In this document: positions 1 through 14,100 of the stretch, piece after piece
Layout of the letters: every line of letters begins with the position of its first letter
Position numbering within the stretch: the first letter of the stretch is position 1
Assembly (NCBI GenBank): GCA_040954595.2
Contig: CM082589.2
Location: 4,478,213-4,542,212 of the forward strand
Origin: Balanoglossus misakiensis
Lineage: Eukaryota; Animalia; Hemichordata
DNA length: 64,000 nt
Direction: 5' to 3'
The notes under the pieces: model-generated
Seen by the model: the letters and a program-made list of their open reading frames with translations, nothing else
Databases searched by the model: none
What the model was told of the DNA's origin: nothing
Made by a program: the position numbers and the translations under genes

Positions 1-3000
1 CCGTAGTCTGTTTTAATCACACTATGTGTTTCGGACATATTCTGACATCGATTTTACACTCTGTTTATACATAGTCTTGCTATGTGTGCTACAGACCTTG
101 TTTGATTGTATTTAATATGATCCTAAAAATCGTGTACACGCAAGTCTCGGGCTGCGAGTTGAAACACTCAATCAATTGCTGTTTCCAACTGCCTGCTGAC
201 TGCACTCCCTGTCATTTACAGCATGTTCCAGTATAACTTATGGTCTGTGGGTTTTATTTCGTACCATTGTCTGTTTGTTCAGAGTTACCGCGCCATTCCG
301 GCTTCCATCCATCCGGAATTGCACGTATTGTTCAAAGGCAATTAATTTCAATTTCCATATTTTGCTGAATGGATCGTGCATCTACCAGCTGACTCTTGTT
401 ATACCGCATTTTAGTAAATGAGCACAGAAACCAATGGAATCGACTACACAAACCGACAAATATCTCCTGTTGCTATATATTATAATAAATGCAGATACTA
501 TCGCTGAAGACGTCAAAACATTACAATCAACCCTGATTTACGTAAAAGTGCGAATAAACGTAAAATGGCGAACTTGTTTTTCGCGTGGGCACCCAGCGAA
601 AATGCGTGACTGGTTAGATTTTCGCTTTCCGTGTTGACGGTGGATTAAACTGAGGCCCAGATATTCAAATGATTTCAAGTTACGCGTATGCAAATGTATC
701 CACGCCAAACCCGCCACCCCAACTCTTGTATGCAAGTGCATGGTTACATTTCGTTCGCTGACATCATCTCAGAAATCTGCAGGCGTGATGTTTCGCGTTC
801 ACGGTCATGTAAGTACACTTAGAACCGAACCTGTCTAATGGCACATCCACGTCCTGTGTGAACTGATAACATTCTTTTGAAGTAAGGGAAAACGAACGGG
901 TGCTCCAAGCGATATTTTTTTATTCCCGTCGTTCTAACTCCCTTTGAAACACCGACAGCCTTAGGAAGCCTTAGGAATCTCACTCACTCACAATAAGAGC
1001 GGGGTTGATGTCTATCAGTCCTGACACTCTGCTACGTGCAGTTGTGTGCAGAAAGAGCGGTACAATAAGACGACAAATATGTAGATCGCTAAATTATTTT
1101 TTCTGAAACATGCTTAAACAGGGCAGGTTTTTTTCTTTAAATTGTAAACGGCTGAGCGGTTTTTATAATTGTCTTTACACGAATCGTTTGTCGATGTTCT
1201 ATTGGTGACAGTTCTGTTAAATGACGTGCTTCGTTTTTTATCGTCAATGTTTCGCATTGAGGATTTTCAAATTTAATTCGTCCAGATGTTAGCTCTCCAT
1301 ACGTTGCCTGTTTTAGGTTTCTATTGAACGCATACACAACCAGAAGCAGAATACTCGGTCTGTTTCCTTCCTGAACATACATATGAACGTCTTTTACAGA
1401 GTGACAGAAGGGTTAGACCACTCACTGATCACCTTTCTGTTAACGTAAAACATAAAAAAATCAGAAAAAAAATAGTTTGTGTGGTGGCTGTAAACTAACT
1501 GCATAATACTCTTGGAATTAATGAAAAGCAGACCCTTTTGAAGCTTCTGTGCCCTCAGCTTACTACAATAGCGTTGACATATTCAGCATGGTGTATAGAG
1601 AAGGAATCAAATTCCTACCGGTACAATTGCAATCCCTCACGTATAACCGGACATGAATTTCAAAAGCCGATATCTTTTTGCTCCACTGAAGCGGGAAATC
1701 AATAATTACGTTGATGCCGTTTCAAAAGATAGATCAATGGTATTCGTTTGAGCTGTTTGGATTGTTAAATCAAGTTCGTTAGCAACCTGCTATAAATATA
1801 AATACAAGGAGGCCGAGTTACCATCTGACCTGGTTTGCGATACAGTTAGCAATTAGCAATACGTTGTTTTGTGCATACGTGTATGCCATTCTGCCTACAG
1901 GAACACAAGGAACCCATTACTTTGTTTGTAACCCGATGCAAAGGACAATCCACGTTGTACATCGTGAAGTTGAGTGGCAACTAAGGCTAAGAGATGATTT
2001 AGAGTAAATCTGAGGGAATAAAGAACGGTTTTTGAGCGACAGTTCCGCCGTCACGGTTGGATAACTACATGGAATCGAGTAGATACAAGTCGAGGCACTT
2101 GCATGTATAGTTGTGTTGTAAGTGATGGACAGAACGCAGATTAAAGTTACAACGACTCGCGTCGAATGTCTCGGCTGTTGATTGCCAGCTTTTGTTGACG
2201 TTTACAATTTGGGTCGTGGATGGCACTTCCCGTTATTCTCGTGGGTGGGCACAATTCATATTGCGCCGAGCGAAGTGGCCATTCAAGGTTGCGGACCGCG
2301 CACCTGCAGAGCCCTATTCAGCATATGTTGCCGCTACCCATTTAGAGACGCATCCGGCCATCATCAATAAATCATCAGGGTGACAGAATTCTTACTCACA
2401 AGTATTGAAAAGGGCAAATTTTAATGGGACACAGTGGGGTTCGTCAACTGGAAGTGTTTTGTTTGTCTTGATTGGCTAATTCAACATATTCGAATGTACA
2501 CGTGATGCAAGTGGCTTTGTTGATTGATTGACGGCTACCTGTGTTACATTCGTGACTTTTTTCGTAAAAAGGAACACTTTGTGTATTTTGCATTGTGTTT
2601 GAATTCTCCTTATTAAGCCGTTCCAATTATTCGCGGTGGATTGTGTTGGTCGAAAGCCAGGCGCTTACATATAAACGTCATATTTAAGAACTTTTCTAAT
2701 GTGCGATTTGGTCAAAATTTGTGTCGCCACCTTTAACATGGTACTACAACCTAATCACCTATTTGTTAAAATCTAATTTGCGCGTTTGCTGACAATGTTT
2801 CAAAACCTGCACGTGATCACACTTTGGTAGGCTTTTGCACTGTATGTCGCTTATGGTTTACAGCCATTGAAACGAAAAGAACGAAATATATCAGCTAACG
2901 AGGCTTTAAAATACACACGACAAACAGTTAGGCATGTTTGCATTTTTAAACGTAATGATCCACCTCTACCCCACCTTATTCCATTACAATGTAACCCCAT

Positions 3001-5944
3001 TATATACTTATCTCTATTAAGGTTCACTTGGTTCCGTAATTCGAATATCTTCTCTATGAATAAATAAAACATATCCGCACGATTGGTTATTTATTAAATA
3101 AACGATAAACTATGTGAGATATTCACGATTCGTGTATTTTTTTATCCCATAAACCACATGGGGTGGCAAGCAAGTCTGCGAAAGTTCTGTGGGTTTCGAG
3201 GCTACCTGTTTCCTGTCGTTAACACCCTTAAGGACTAGCGAGATTTCTGACTACCGTCTCACACCGACTGATGAAATTCTTCAGATCTCCAGCTGTGTCG
3301 CTTCAAGGCCATGTTCGCATTTCTTGGTTATTACCTCGAGTATCTGAATATAGGTTTAGATCAATAGTTTCTTACACACAGTTGTGTGTTGTCACGAATC
3401 ATCAGCTGCCTTGTTTCAATTTCAATCTAACACTATTAATTTAACGTGTTTGCTGAAGTAGTTGCTCGAATTTTAAATCTCAAGTCTATTAGTCCACTGT
3501 GTGTGGGCACTGTATAATAGGTTCAAGCATCCGCCAATATTGGACCAGCAACCACCTCTATTACTTGCTTAACGCAATAACCGCGTGCGGAGCTGACTAA
3601 CTTGACAAGAATGATCATGTAATTCTCTTCGGTAAGACCTAATAAATTGGAACCCTTTGAAACGGATTCCCGCCACCGGAAACTAATGTACATTGAAGCT
3701 TTTTTTATTATGTTTCCATCAATAAAGTATCTGCCGTGAGTGAAGATGCAAGTCGCGGATGGTGTGTAACAAGTGGTCTCTAGACCTCTAATAGTATTAT
3801 ACAAAATATAATGTTTCCTTGAGGAGTCGTGAAAGCATTTTTTCTATAACTTTGGGGACCCACAGGTGCATCGTTACTGCTAACAATGATTATGGATTCT
3901 CGATTTGGGCATTCTCGTCAAAGTTACGTCAACAGCGAACACATCCCTCGCCGTTCCTCGATGTCAACACCGTTCACTGCACAACAACAGGGCTCTTAAA
4001 TACTGCTTGTAATATTAATCAATGGAGTCAAAGCCATATAAGAGAATAATGTCGCCGACAAAAGTCGATTCAAGGTAGGGCCTAAGTCCCGTGCTGGGAA
4101 ACACAGTGTAAACGACGAGAACACATCATAAAGGGTTATAGCCGCGTGTGCGTGGGATGATATTATGTCTCTGATCAGTTGGGTCTAATATCCTGAGTAC
4201 ATCGTCCAGAACGGAAGTAACGCGCTGTTAAAATGCCTATAGAGGGGGGGGGGGAAAGTTAACTTTACTTGACTTGGCGATCACTGAAAGAGGCGATCAT
4301 GTGCATTGGAGAATTTAAACTCATTCATGTTGATGTTGATTAGGAATGGGCAGAAACTCTATAGAGGTCACGGCACATTTGTTTGCTGATTATCGTGAGT
4401 AAGAACACTTAATTTGCCTATTAGCTGTCGGTGTCCTTTCCAGAAATGGCACAGGAAAATTTACCTCCTCGTTTCCATCAAGCAATTTCTCGAAGGAAAG
4501 TCAGAGTGCACCCAAACTAAATGGAAGCAATTCACAAATTGCAATTACGCAAACGCTACACCGATCGGCCAATAGTGGCGAGCACTCTGGTACCGTTGTT
4601 TGTCATCATTGTGAGAAAGAGAGCAATTTAATGTTACTTTGCCGCAAGTTGAACAGAGAGAAGGTTGAAGTGGATCCGAGCCTACTGGCTTTAACACTCC
4701 ATCATCTAGTCGCGAGTCTAATGACACCACAGGCGTGTGTAATATGTTTTCGTAGGTCAATTTCCTTTCATCAACAGTTAATGAGGTGAAGGGCAATTCT
4801 TTGCAAGGTAGCATTATGGATATCTTCGAGACATTTACTCACGGTGGCTTAATAGAACATGATTTGTCTCGTGCCGCCCATGCCAAGAATGTAAAAGGTG
4901 CACTGGGGGTACCTAGTCACTTTTGTCGGAACATTCCTTTTCATTTCCAGAAAAAAGTCATTTTAAAAATATAATTTAGAAGTAGATTCTAAGGACTGCG
5001 TTTCAATCTATCTCTATAGTGTGGATTTCTTTTCAAATACAGGCGTCAGGCCTTCTTTGCCCTTTGTGGACAGGAACTCATTCTCCAGGGAGACGACCTT
5101 GCTGAGGGCATCAGCAAGGTCGTAACAAATTTATATGCAGCCAGCCAAGCTTGTATCTAATCAATACCCGAAGTAAACCATTTAAGGAAGGAAATGATAT
5201 TAGGTTCGAAATAATGGGTCGTGTATACAACGGTATACAGACGCTTCATATGTATATGGATGTATACACGACGCGTCACAACTAGACTCAGACACTGCTG
5301 TTGGTCTTAAAAGGTACAAGCTGAATCCTAGGATAATTTCCACGAACGCGGCGCGGCCACTAATTTGAATCCATCTCCATTAAAACGCCGGCAAATGGTC
5401 AAAGTCCTGACCCACTCCAATTCTAAGCGAGGTAGAGGAATTGGTGATGATTGCGCCTATAATTTTATACGTGGCGTTAATATCCTGTTTATTTTCCACA
5501 AATCAAATAAATCCATCGGCACGCACGCACATTCAGTCCGACTGAACCGAGTGTCATCTCGATAAACATTCCGGCTGCCATCGCACTCAATCGCCGTAAA
5601 TGCATCTAAGATGGAATTATTGTACGTCTACAACACGTACTAAAGATTGCCGATAGGCGGGTAACCAAGCAACCGACCCACTCAAAAACATCGACAACAC
5701 AGCCAAACTATTTAACACAAGGATCCTCTTGGAGGAAACTAACTTAAATGTGTCTGCTGAAAGAGAAATCAATCACAGCGGAGATTTGGTGACGTCAAGA
5801 ACCATATTGGTTTCAAACGCCAGCTTATCTGTATGTCTGCATCTTTGTGCCTGTACACATTCAAAGATGATTCTAGAAAAAACTCCTATTCAACTAGTTT
5901 TTCTGTCCATCTTTCTGTGTGGGAAGGTATATCGTTTATCTGCG

Positions 5945-6155
5945 CCTGTCTGTCTGTCTGTCTGTCTGTCTGTCTTTCTGCCTGCCTGCTGCCTGCCTGC
6001 CTGCCTGACTGCCTGCCTGCCTGCCTGCCTGTCTGTCTGTCTGTCTGTCTGCCTGTCTGTCTGTCTGCCTGCCTGCTGCCTGCCTGCTGCCTGCCTGTCT
6101 GTCTGTCTGTCTGTCTGTCTGTATGTATGTCTGCCTGCCTGCCTGCCTGCCTGCC

Positions 6156-6190
<35 letters not shown>

Positions 6191-6398
6191 ATGTCTGTAT
6201 GTCTGTCTGCCTGCCTGCTGCCTGCCTGCCTGTCTGTCTGCCTGCCTGTCTGTCTGTCTGCCTGCCTGCTGCCTGCCTGCCTGTCTGTCTGTCTGTCTGT
6301 CTGCCGGTCTGCCTGCTGCCTGCCTGCCCGTCTGTCTGTCTGTCTGTCTGTCTGTCTGCCTGCCTGCCTGCCTGCCTGCCTGTCTGCCTGCCTGCCTG

Positions 6399-6435
<37 letters not shown>

Positions 6436-6477
6436 TGTCTGTCTGCCTGCCTGCCTGTCTGTCTGCCTGCCTGCCTG

Positions 6478-6510
<33 letters not shown>

Positions 6511-6591
6511 TGCCTGCCTGCCTGCCTGCCTGCCTGCTGCCTGTCTGTCTGTCTGTCTGCCTGCCTGCCTGTCTGTCTGCCTGCCTGCCTG

Positions 6592-6657
<66 letters not shown>

Positions 6658-6937
6658 GCCTGCCTGCCTGCCTGCCTGCCTGTCTGTCTGTCTGTATGTC
6701 TGTATGTCTGTCTGCCTGCCTGTTGCCTGCCTGCCTGTCTGTCTGCCTGTCTGTCTGTCTGTCTGCCTGCCTGCCTACTGCCTGCCTGCCTGACTGTCTG
6801 TCTGTCTGTCTGTCTGTCTGCCTGCCTGCCTGCTGCCTGCCTGCTGCCTGCCTGCCTGCCTGTCTGTCTGTCTGTCTGTCTGCCTGCCTGTCTGTCTGTC
6901 TGTCTGCCTGCCTGCCTGCTGCCTGCCTGCCTGCTTG

Positions 6938-6969
<32 letters not shown>

Positions 6970-7025
6970 CTGCCTGCCTGCCTGCCTGTCTGTCTGTCTG
7001 TCTGCCTGCCTGCCTGCCTGCCTGT

Positions 7026-7086
<61 letters not shown>

Positions 7087-7100
7087 TGCCTGCCTGCCTG

Positions 7101-7176
<76 letters not shown>

Positions 7177-7279
7177 TGTCTGTCTGCCTGCCTGCTGCCT
7201 GCCTGCCTGCCTGTCTGTCTGTCTGTCTGTCTGTCTGTATGTCTGTATGTCTGTCTGCCTGCCTGCCTGCCTGCCTGCC

Positions 7280-7310
<31 letters not shown>

Positions 7311-7620
7311 ATGTCTGTATGTCTGTCTGCCTGCCTGTTGCCTGCCTGCCTGTCTGTCTGCCTGTCTGTCTGTCTGTCTGCCTGCCTGCCTACTGCCTGC
7401 CTGTCTGTCTGTCTGTCTGTCTGTCTGCCTGCCTGCCTGCTGCCTGCCTGCTGCCTGCCTGCCTGCCTGTCTGTCTGTCTGTCTGTCTGCCTGCCTGCCT
7501 GTCTGCCTGCCTGCCTGCTGCCTGCCTGCCTGCCTGTCTGTCTGTCTGCCTGCCTGCCTGCTGCCTGCCTGCCTGTCTGTCTGTCTGTCTGTCTGTCTGT
7601 CTGCCTGCCTGCCTGTCTGT

Positions 7621-7661
<41 letters not shown>

Positions 7662-8195
7662 TGTCTGTCTGCCTGCCTGCCTGCTGCCTGCCTGCCTGTC
7701 TGTCTGTCTGTCTGTCTGTCTGCCTGCCTGCCTGTCTGTCTGCCTGCCTGCCTGCTGCCTGTCTGCCTGCTGCCTGCCTGCCTGTCTGTCTGTCTGTCTG
7801 TCTGCCTGCCTGCCTGTCTGTCTGCCTGCCTGCCTGCTGCCTGTCTGTCTGTCTGTCTGCCTGCCTGTCTGTCTGTCTGCCTGCCTGCCTGCTGCCTGCC
7901 TGCCTGCCTGTCTGTCTGTCTGTCTGTCTGCCTGCCTGCCTGCTGCCTGCCTGCCTGCCTGCCTGCCTGTCTGTCTGTCTGTCTGCCTGCCTGCCTGCTG
8001 CCTGCCTGCCTGCCTGTCTGTCTGTCTGTCTGTCTGCCTGCCTGCCTGCTGCCTGCCTGCCTGCCTGCCTGCCTGTCTGTCTGTCTGTCTGTCTGTCTGT
8101 ATGTCTGTATGTCTGTCTGTCTGTATGTATGTATGTATGTATGTATGTATGTATGTATGTATGTATGTATGTATGTATGTATGTATGTATGTATG
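5945..8195. repeat. Large compound tetranucleotide microsatellite array: (CCTG)n/(TCTG)n with CTG and TATG interruptions, ending in pure (TATG)18 at 8124-8195
   Basis: Directly visible. The units contain almost no stop codons on either strand, which produces the LPAC/SVCL and QAGR/QTDR ORFs in the track. Confidence 0.98.
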
Positions 8196-11100
8196 TTTTG
8201 TATATACATACATGTGTATAGGTGTATGTATATCATCTAGCTATATACGAATGAGGTGTGATAAACTACATTTTTCACTATTAAAAGTACAGTGTTTAAA
8301 CTTGGAAGGAACATTAAGGTAACACCCTTGCAAATTCCATGCCCCGTTAGTGTACACGTGTGCACCCTTCTGCAAAAATACATCTGGCACATTTAAATTG
8401 AACTTAATTAGTTGTAATGGAAGGGAAATTGAACAGAAGACAAAAGTACGCGTAACAGAAGCAGGATTTATTCGCTTGTTAATAAGTCACGATGATTGTG
8501 TTCCGCTGGCGAAGTTTTACTCAATTCACACCGAGTCTCCTTCATCAGCACATTAAGGGAACGCCCGCTGGGTACCTTCGCGGTTTACTTTGGCGTGTGC
8601 AATGGCGTCACCACGTCGAGTTGAACTTTAAGTCGCTCAGAGCTATTAATGAGCTTCGACACATTTTGCCAGTTAAGTATCCGCGTGTCTTTCTTAAAGC
8701 ACCAGTGGAACAGAACACTTCTGCTTAAGGATGTACGCGCAGAACATAAACTGTTAAACAGTGTATTAAAAGCTGATTAAAATTGACCAATCTGATATTA
8801 TAATTAAAATTATGAAAACAATGCAAACTGCTAGCTGCAAGTAATGGATATGCGACCAACGCGTATACCAGCATTATTCTACTTCAAGTATTATATTTTT
8901 TCCCCAGTGATAATGCAAGTGAGCACGTTATATTTCTCACTTACCCGTTTGACTTTCTGTAAGATCTCAAAAGATTCGACAATAAATGTCCCTCTCCACT
9001 TGCTTTGGTTTCAGCTAGTATAATGCGCGTTGTAAGTTTGCAGAATTAACAAGGTTGACTCGCGTTACCCTTTATCAATACACGTAATTGGGTGTGTCTT
9101 TTTCCTGTTCGCCAATATGATGGTGCAGAGTGCTCGAGAGCCACGAAACCAGACGGTGAAACATCAATCAAATCTCGATCGGAAGCGTCACTCGTTCGTT
9201 CGCCTTCCAAATGTCCCTGGCTTACCAGTCCATACAGAATGTCGTGATATTTTATTTACCACTGGGTAAATAGCGCATCTGGACCCCTTATGTTAGCGAT
9301 CGTTAGCAATTTTGAAACCGACGAACATACCTGTTGCATCAAATTCTCCATTCTGCGCATGCGAAACGAAGGGGAATTTTGTGGATATTATGTAGGCGCG
9401 AGGATAGGGTAACACAAATACTAGTAGTTACACGCATGTATACGTGAAATTTAATTCAATCAACAAAATATCCGCAGAAACCTGATTTATTTATTTTTGT
9501 AGCAATGTGCATAAGATATCTTAATTTTTTACTGATCTCCACTAGGTTTCGGATTCTTTCCAGAAAATCGTCGGACTCGTCTACAGAAAAACTAGACAAC
9601 TACATGTATACATGTACCTTACAATATATACATTACCAATTCGTGTGAAATGATACAACCTTTTATGCGCCTTCAATAGAGAACACATGCCACTGTGATA
9701 ACGTTGGAATGCTTTCATCTTGCAGAAAAGGGGCATTTAAACTATCACATTGAGGACAGGTATGTCAAATATGTACTTGTTATTACATGTACCCCGGGTA
9801 TCTATATATTACACATGTACAAAATACGGCTTCGCGTATGGAGCCCGAATTTCTTTTGTCTATAGAGCACCGCTGATCCTTTGTAAATTTGCAAATGTTT
9901 GTTCGCTTATCAAAGAAACCATTACGTGAACAGATGTTCCTTAAAATGATGAAATTAACTTCTCGCCAAAGGTATGGATTCAATTACTTCGAAATTACTG
10001 AAACTACTGGTCACGTGGGTCAGTTTACTTGTGAGTGTATTAAGGTGACTTCTGAACTTAGCAAAGGTATTTCATTCAAAATTCTTTTACAAAAATGTGG
10101 TTTTAAATATAAACTATTCTTTTCACCTTTGGCTTGACGACCTTCTTCTAGCACATTTAGAAACGTTTAAATTTGTCCAGTTTTGTTGCAAACTGCCTAT
10201 TTTGAAAGCGGGTTGCTTTGACACGTTCGAAACTATTTCAGGATAGTTAATGCGATCTCAACGATAAAGCGTGACAAATAGGTCAACAGGTTAAAAATAC
10301 AATGTCCTGGCTGTGTTGGTCATTTATTTTTGTGCAAACTTATAGCTGCGGGTTTTTTAAATATAAACAACAACATTATTCAAACATTTTTAGTAAGTAA
10401 TTGTCCCAAAATAGTTATCCCAAATTCACATCGCGTCGTTTCCTTTCCCGCGCGACGCCTTGGCATTTTTACCATGGATCACTCAGAAAAAGATTAGTTA
10501 TATATTTTAAGTTAGTACGTAAATATTCTGAAATATGTCCTTTGAACGGAGAAAAACACCAACGATTCTTTAACGTGATGAATAGATTGCATTTGATATA
10601 AATAGCGTTCCATTGAAGTCGTTGGCATAGATAATATAACCAATTTAAATTGAAGATTAAAAAATACATTTAGGTTGTCATGAACCTATCAAGCTGATTG
10701 ACTAGAATTTTTCAGTGTCTATGGTAAAAGACGTACTCAGCTTCGACCTGCCTGAATGGGTCTAGGCAGTGTTGTTTTAAAAGTGTTTGTTAAAACAGAA
10801 TGACATTAGACGTTTCGTATATTGCAGGGCAACACTTTAGCATCAGCGGGTTTCATTATATTGTATCCTGCCGTAGCCTACGTGCCTGGGTCACAATAAT
10901 ATTGTTTTGGGCCAAACGTCTTGAAATTCATTGATCGTTGCCCTAATTATTGATTTATAAGGACGGCCACAGCGGAGAATCAAACCCATGAACTCAATTC
11001 TTGTGGGACGCCGAATCGCGAAAATACGGTCAGCAAGTCTTGACCTAATCCAGCGTAAATCAGGCGATACGCATACATGGTTCAACGCAAGCGAACCGCG

Positions 11101-14100
11101 TGTGTCCGGTCACATTTCGATCGGATATACGTGTCTACGTGCAGTTGAAACATTTGCATGCACACAGGGGCATTGCAGGTTGTCTGGAAAGTGTTGGAAT
11201 ATAATGAGCTTGTGATGAAAACCACAGTTGCCGAACAATCCATAATTTAAAGCAACATTTGTCATCAAAGGCAACGTAGGATCCCCTACCGAGCTCACCG
11301 TACTGATGTACATTAATGATAAAAAGCTGGGCATATCATCCTGGTTGTTTTTATTCCATACCACAAATTTGGTGTACATTTTTACTGCAAACCTATTTCA
11401 AGCGACGCTGAGCCTACGAGCGATCGTTACAGTACTACATGTATATGTGGGGAAAATATGCTGAATTTGCATCACAAACACACAAATGCTGTATCTGTCA
11501 CGTGTTTCACCTAGGCGCGTCTTCAAGCCAGTTTCAGTACGGGTCTAACCAATGTACCTAAAACACAACAGCTTTAAACCAAGTAAAGGGGTTTGATTTA
11601 ATACATTTTGAACCTCGACCCCCCCTCTCTCAATGATTTGTAAACATCACGTACTACACAGCCATGCGTGGATGAAATACTTTGTTGTGAGAGCGAAAAG
11701 ACGGCTGCTTCTTGTTAATTTATCATTTCGATGTTACGGTTGGTCTTAAACAAATATGAATATGTATTAACAATGCGCGTAACAAAACACGAGAGTGTGG
11801 TTTCATAGGGAACACGCGTTTACCAAGATAACCCCGTAGCAACCGTTGGATTAATCTGGTTGTAGGATTCTTAACGAACCTCGCCGATCTTTCAATTTAA
11901 CAAGCTTACAGCCACGGTAAACTTAATGATCGATCACAGCTTTTAACGACGCTACAGACGAATTATAACTGGAGTCTTTTCGCTTTGCGCGTATCAGTCT
12001 CCGATAAGAGGATTACTCGAGCGCAGCCGTCACACGTGGCGCTGTGTTTGATATTTGCGGTCAATACTTGATGAAAATTAAAAGTTCGTACAGCGCGGTG
12101 CAGCTCACAAAGCGTTTTCAAATATTACCATTCCTTTGATAAATTGGATGCCAAGTAAAGTAGCACGGAATACTTCTTGAATGTATAACTTTGCGGTGAG
12201 AGTTTGCACGGATCACAAATGATTGACTAGATTTTCCAGTGTCTATGTTCAAGGACGTTCACTGTAAAGACCTCCGGGTCACACGGACGCACCATGCAAT
12301 ATTTACGCGGCTTCATTACTCAGCCGCCGCAACTTCAAGAGTTATAACTGCGGAGAACAGTTGAACAGTTCCGAGTCGTAAATTAACGCATCGGTTGTCA
12401 GTGTTGACGAAGCACAGCGACGCTGAAGGGCCCGGTTTTAAGACGTAGATTAGTATACGTGTAACATGGCGGCCATCTTTTCGACGCCATTTTGAGACCT
12501 GCCTATACCACATACAAACTGGCCCTGTCAGACGATGCTTCAATTCGAAGAGCCCCAGATTCACGGATTAGGATTAACGTTGTGTATACTGCGACTTTTT
12601 GAATGTCCTAATGCAGTCGTCACGCACGCAGCCCCCCCCCCCCCGGATCAATGGCGTCCAACTGAATCAATTAAGTGATTTCTGAAGCAGCAGACGTTGC
12701 TCATTAATCATTGACGAGAGGGAATGTGAAAAGGCCGAACCGCTTGAAGTGATTCGGTTTTCATGTGACGTTCAAATCTCAAGCTCGTGACGGGCCGATG
12801 ATTTCCAACAGTTAAGCTATCAGAAGAGCCCGTGACGAGATTTGAATAACACTTGTACGAGACATCCATCTTGAGAATCGCATCAATTTGATCAACTTCA
12901 CTTAGTTTAGCCACGGGACAAGTCATTTGCGATACTGGATTCATCAGAGGGTTAGTTGTCGAATTCACACACAAAAATCAGTCTCTATTATACTATAGGA
13001 ATGAAAAAAATGACTCAATTTTAAACTCAATTTCCTCCATTCTTGCGTTTAGGATACGCTTGTTTGACTGTTGAAGAATCTGATCATTCGGCATTGGTAC
13101 ACTGAACCAAAGCACATGTATGAATTACATAAATTATGTTACCATGGTAAGGCTCTATAGGTGGGCGAATTTTGTATGAATCGCAGGTGTCACGTGGTGA
13201 ATCGTGCTCACGATTTTACAATTATGATGTTGTTTAGCTCCAGATCATGACACGTGTATCCGGATAGTATAAGAATAGGGTAGTTTTGGTACACATTTCA
13301 GTCATATAGTCTCTCTGTGCGGAACAGGGCGTCTGTATCTATCGATCAAGGAAACTCCAGCGTCACGTGTGTACACGTGTACATGCGCCAATTTCGAGTG
13401 TTACTGTAACCATGGTTTCAATCAGAATGCAAGTGTTAACCAGCCCACTTCACATTATTTATACTCCTATTAGTCTTTAAGAGATAACCTTTTATTCGGA
13501 AGTTTTGCTGTCCGCATCTGAAATTAGCACCTTTCGCACAAAAGACCTCAACGTTATCGGCGGGGGTTTTATGACCTTGTAGGACGGACACGAACCCGAC
13601 ATTTTATTGCAAATTGGGGATTAACTTTTATCGCCCAGAAACGACAGCCTGATCATTCTCCGCAAACGTGTGCCGTGCCTGCCAAAAGTACTTTCAGAAA
13701 ACTGCGAAACACTTATACTATAAAAACAATCTACTTTTTAACTCAATGACGCAGGTGACGGTTGCAACCATAAACTTGGGCAAATATATATTACAATTGA
13801 GAGTCAGTGTAGCACCTTTCAACACATTATCTTATCAACTGCAGAATTAAGATGAACGTTATAGCCACTTCATTACAATGTTAAGGTGAAATTCCGATCA
13901 GAATCACTGATAGTATAGTTGTACACTAACCTTAAATAGTCAGATTAATGACCTCATCATTCGGATCAACAGACATCGAATAATATCTGAACACCAGGGA
14001 AAACCATATGGCGAAGTACACCATAACATAACAAATATGCAAAACGGGTCACATGTCAACCCCAAACAGAGAAACAATTCGCTTTGTTCATACAGTAGAC

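Noticed and set aside
5729-8322. ORFs of 354-829 aa on both strands (LPAC/SVCL and QAGR/QTDR repeats)
   Set aside because: They are translations of a stop-poor tetranucleotide array, open in several frames on both strands at once, with no protein-like sequence.
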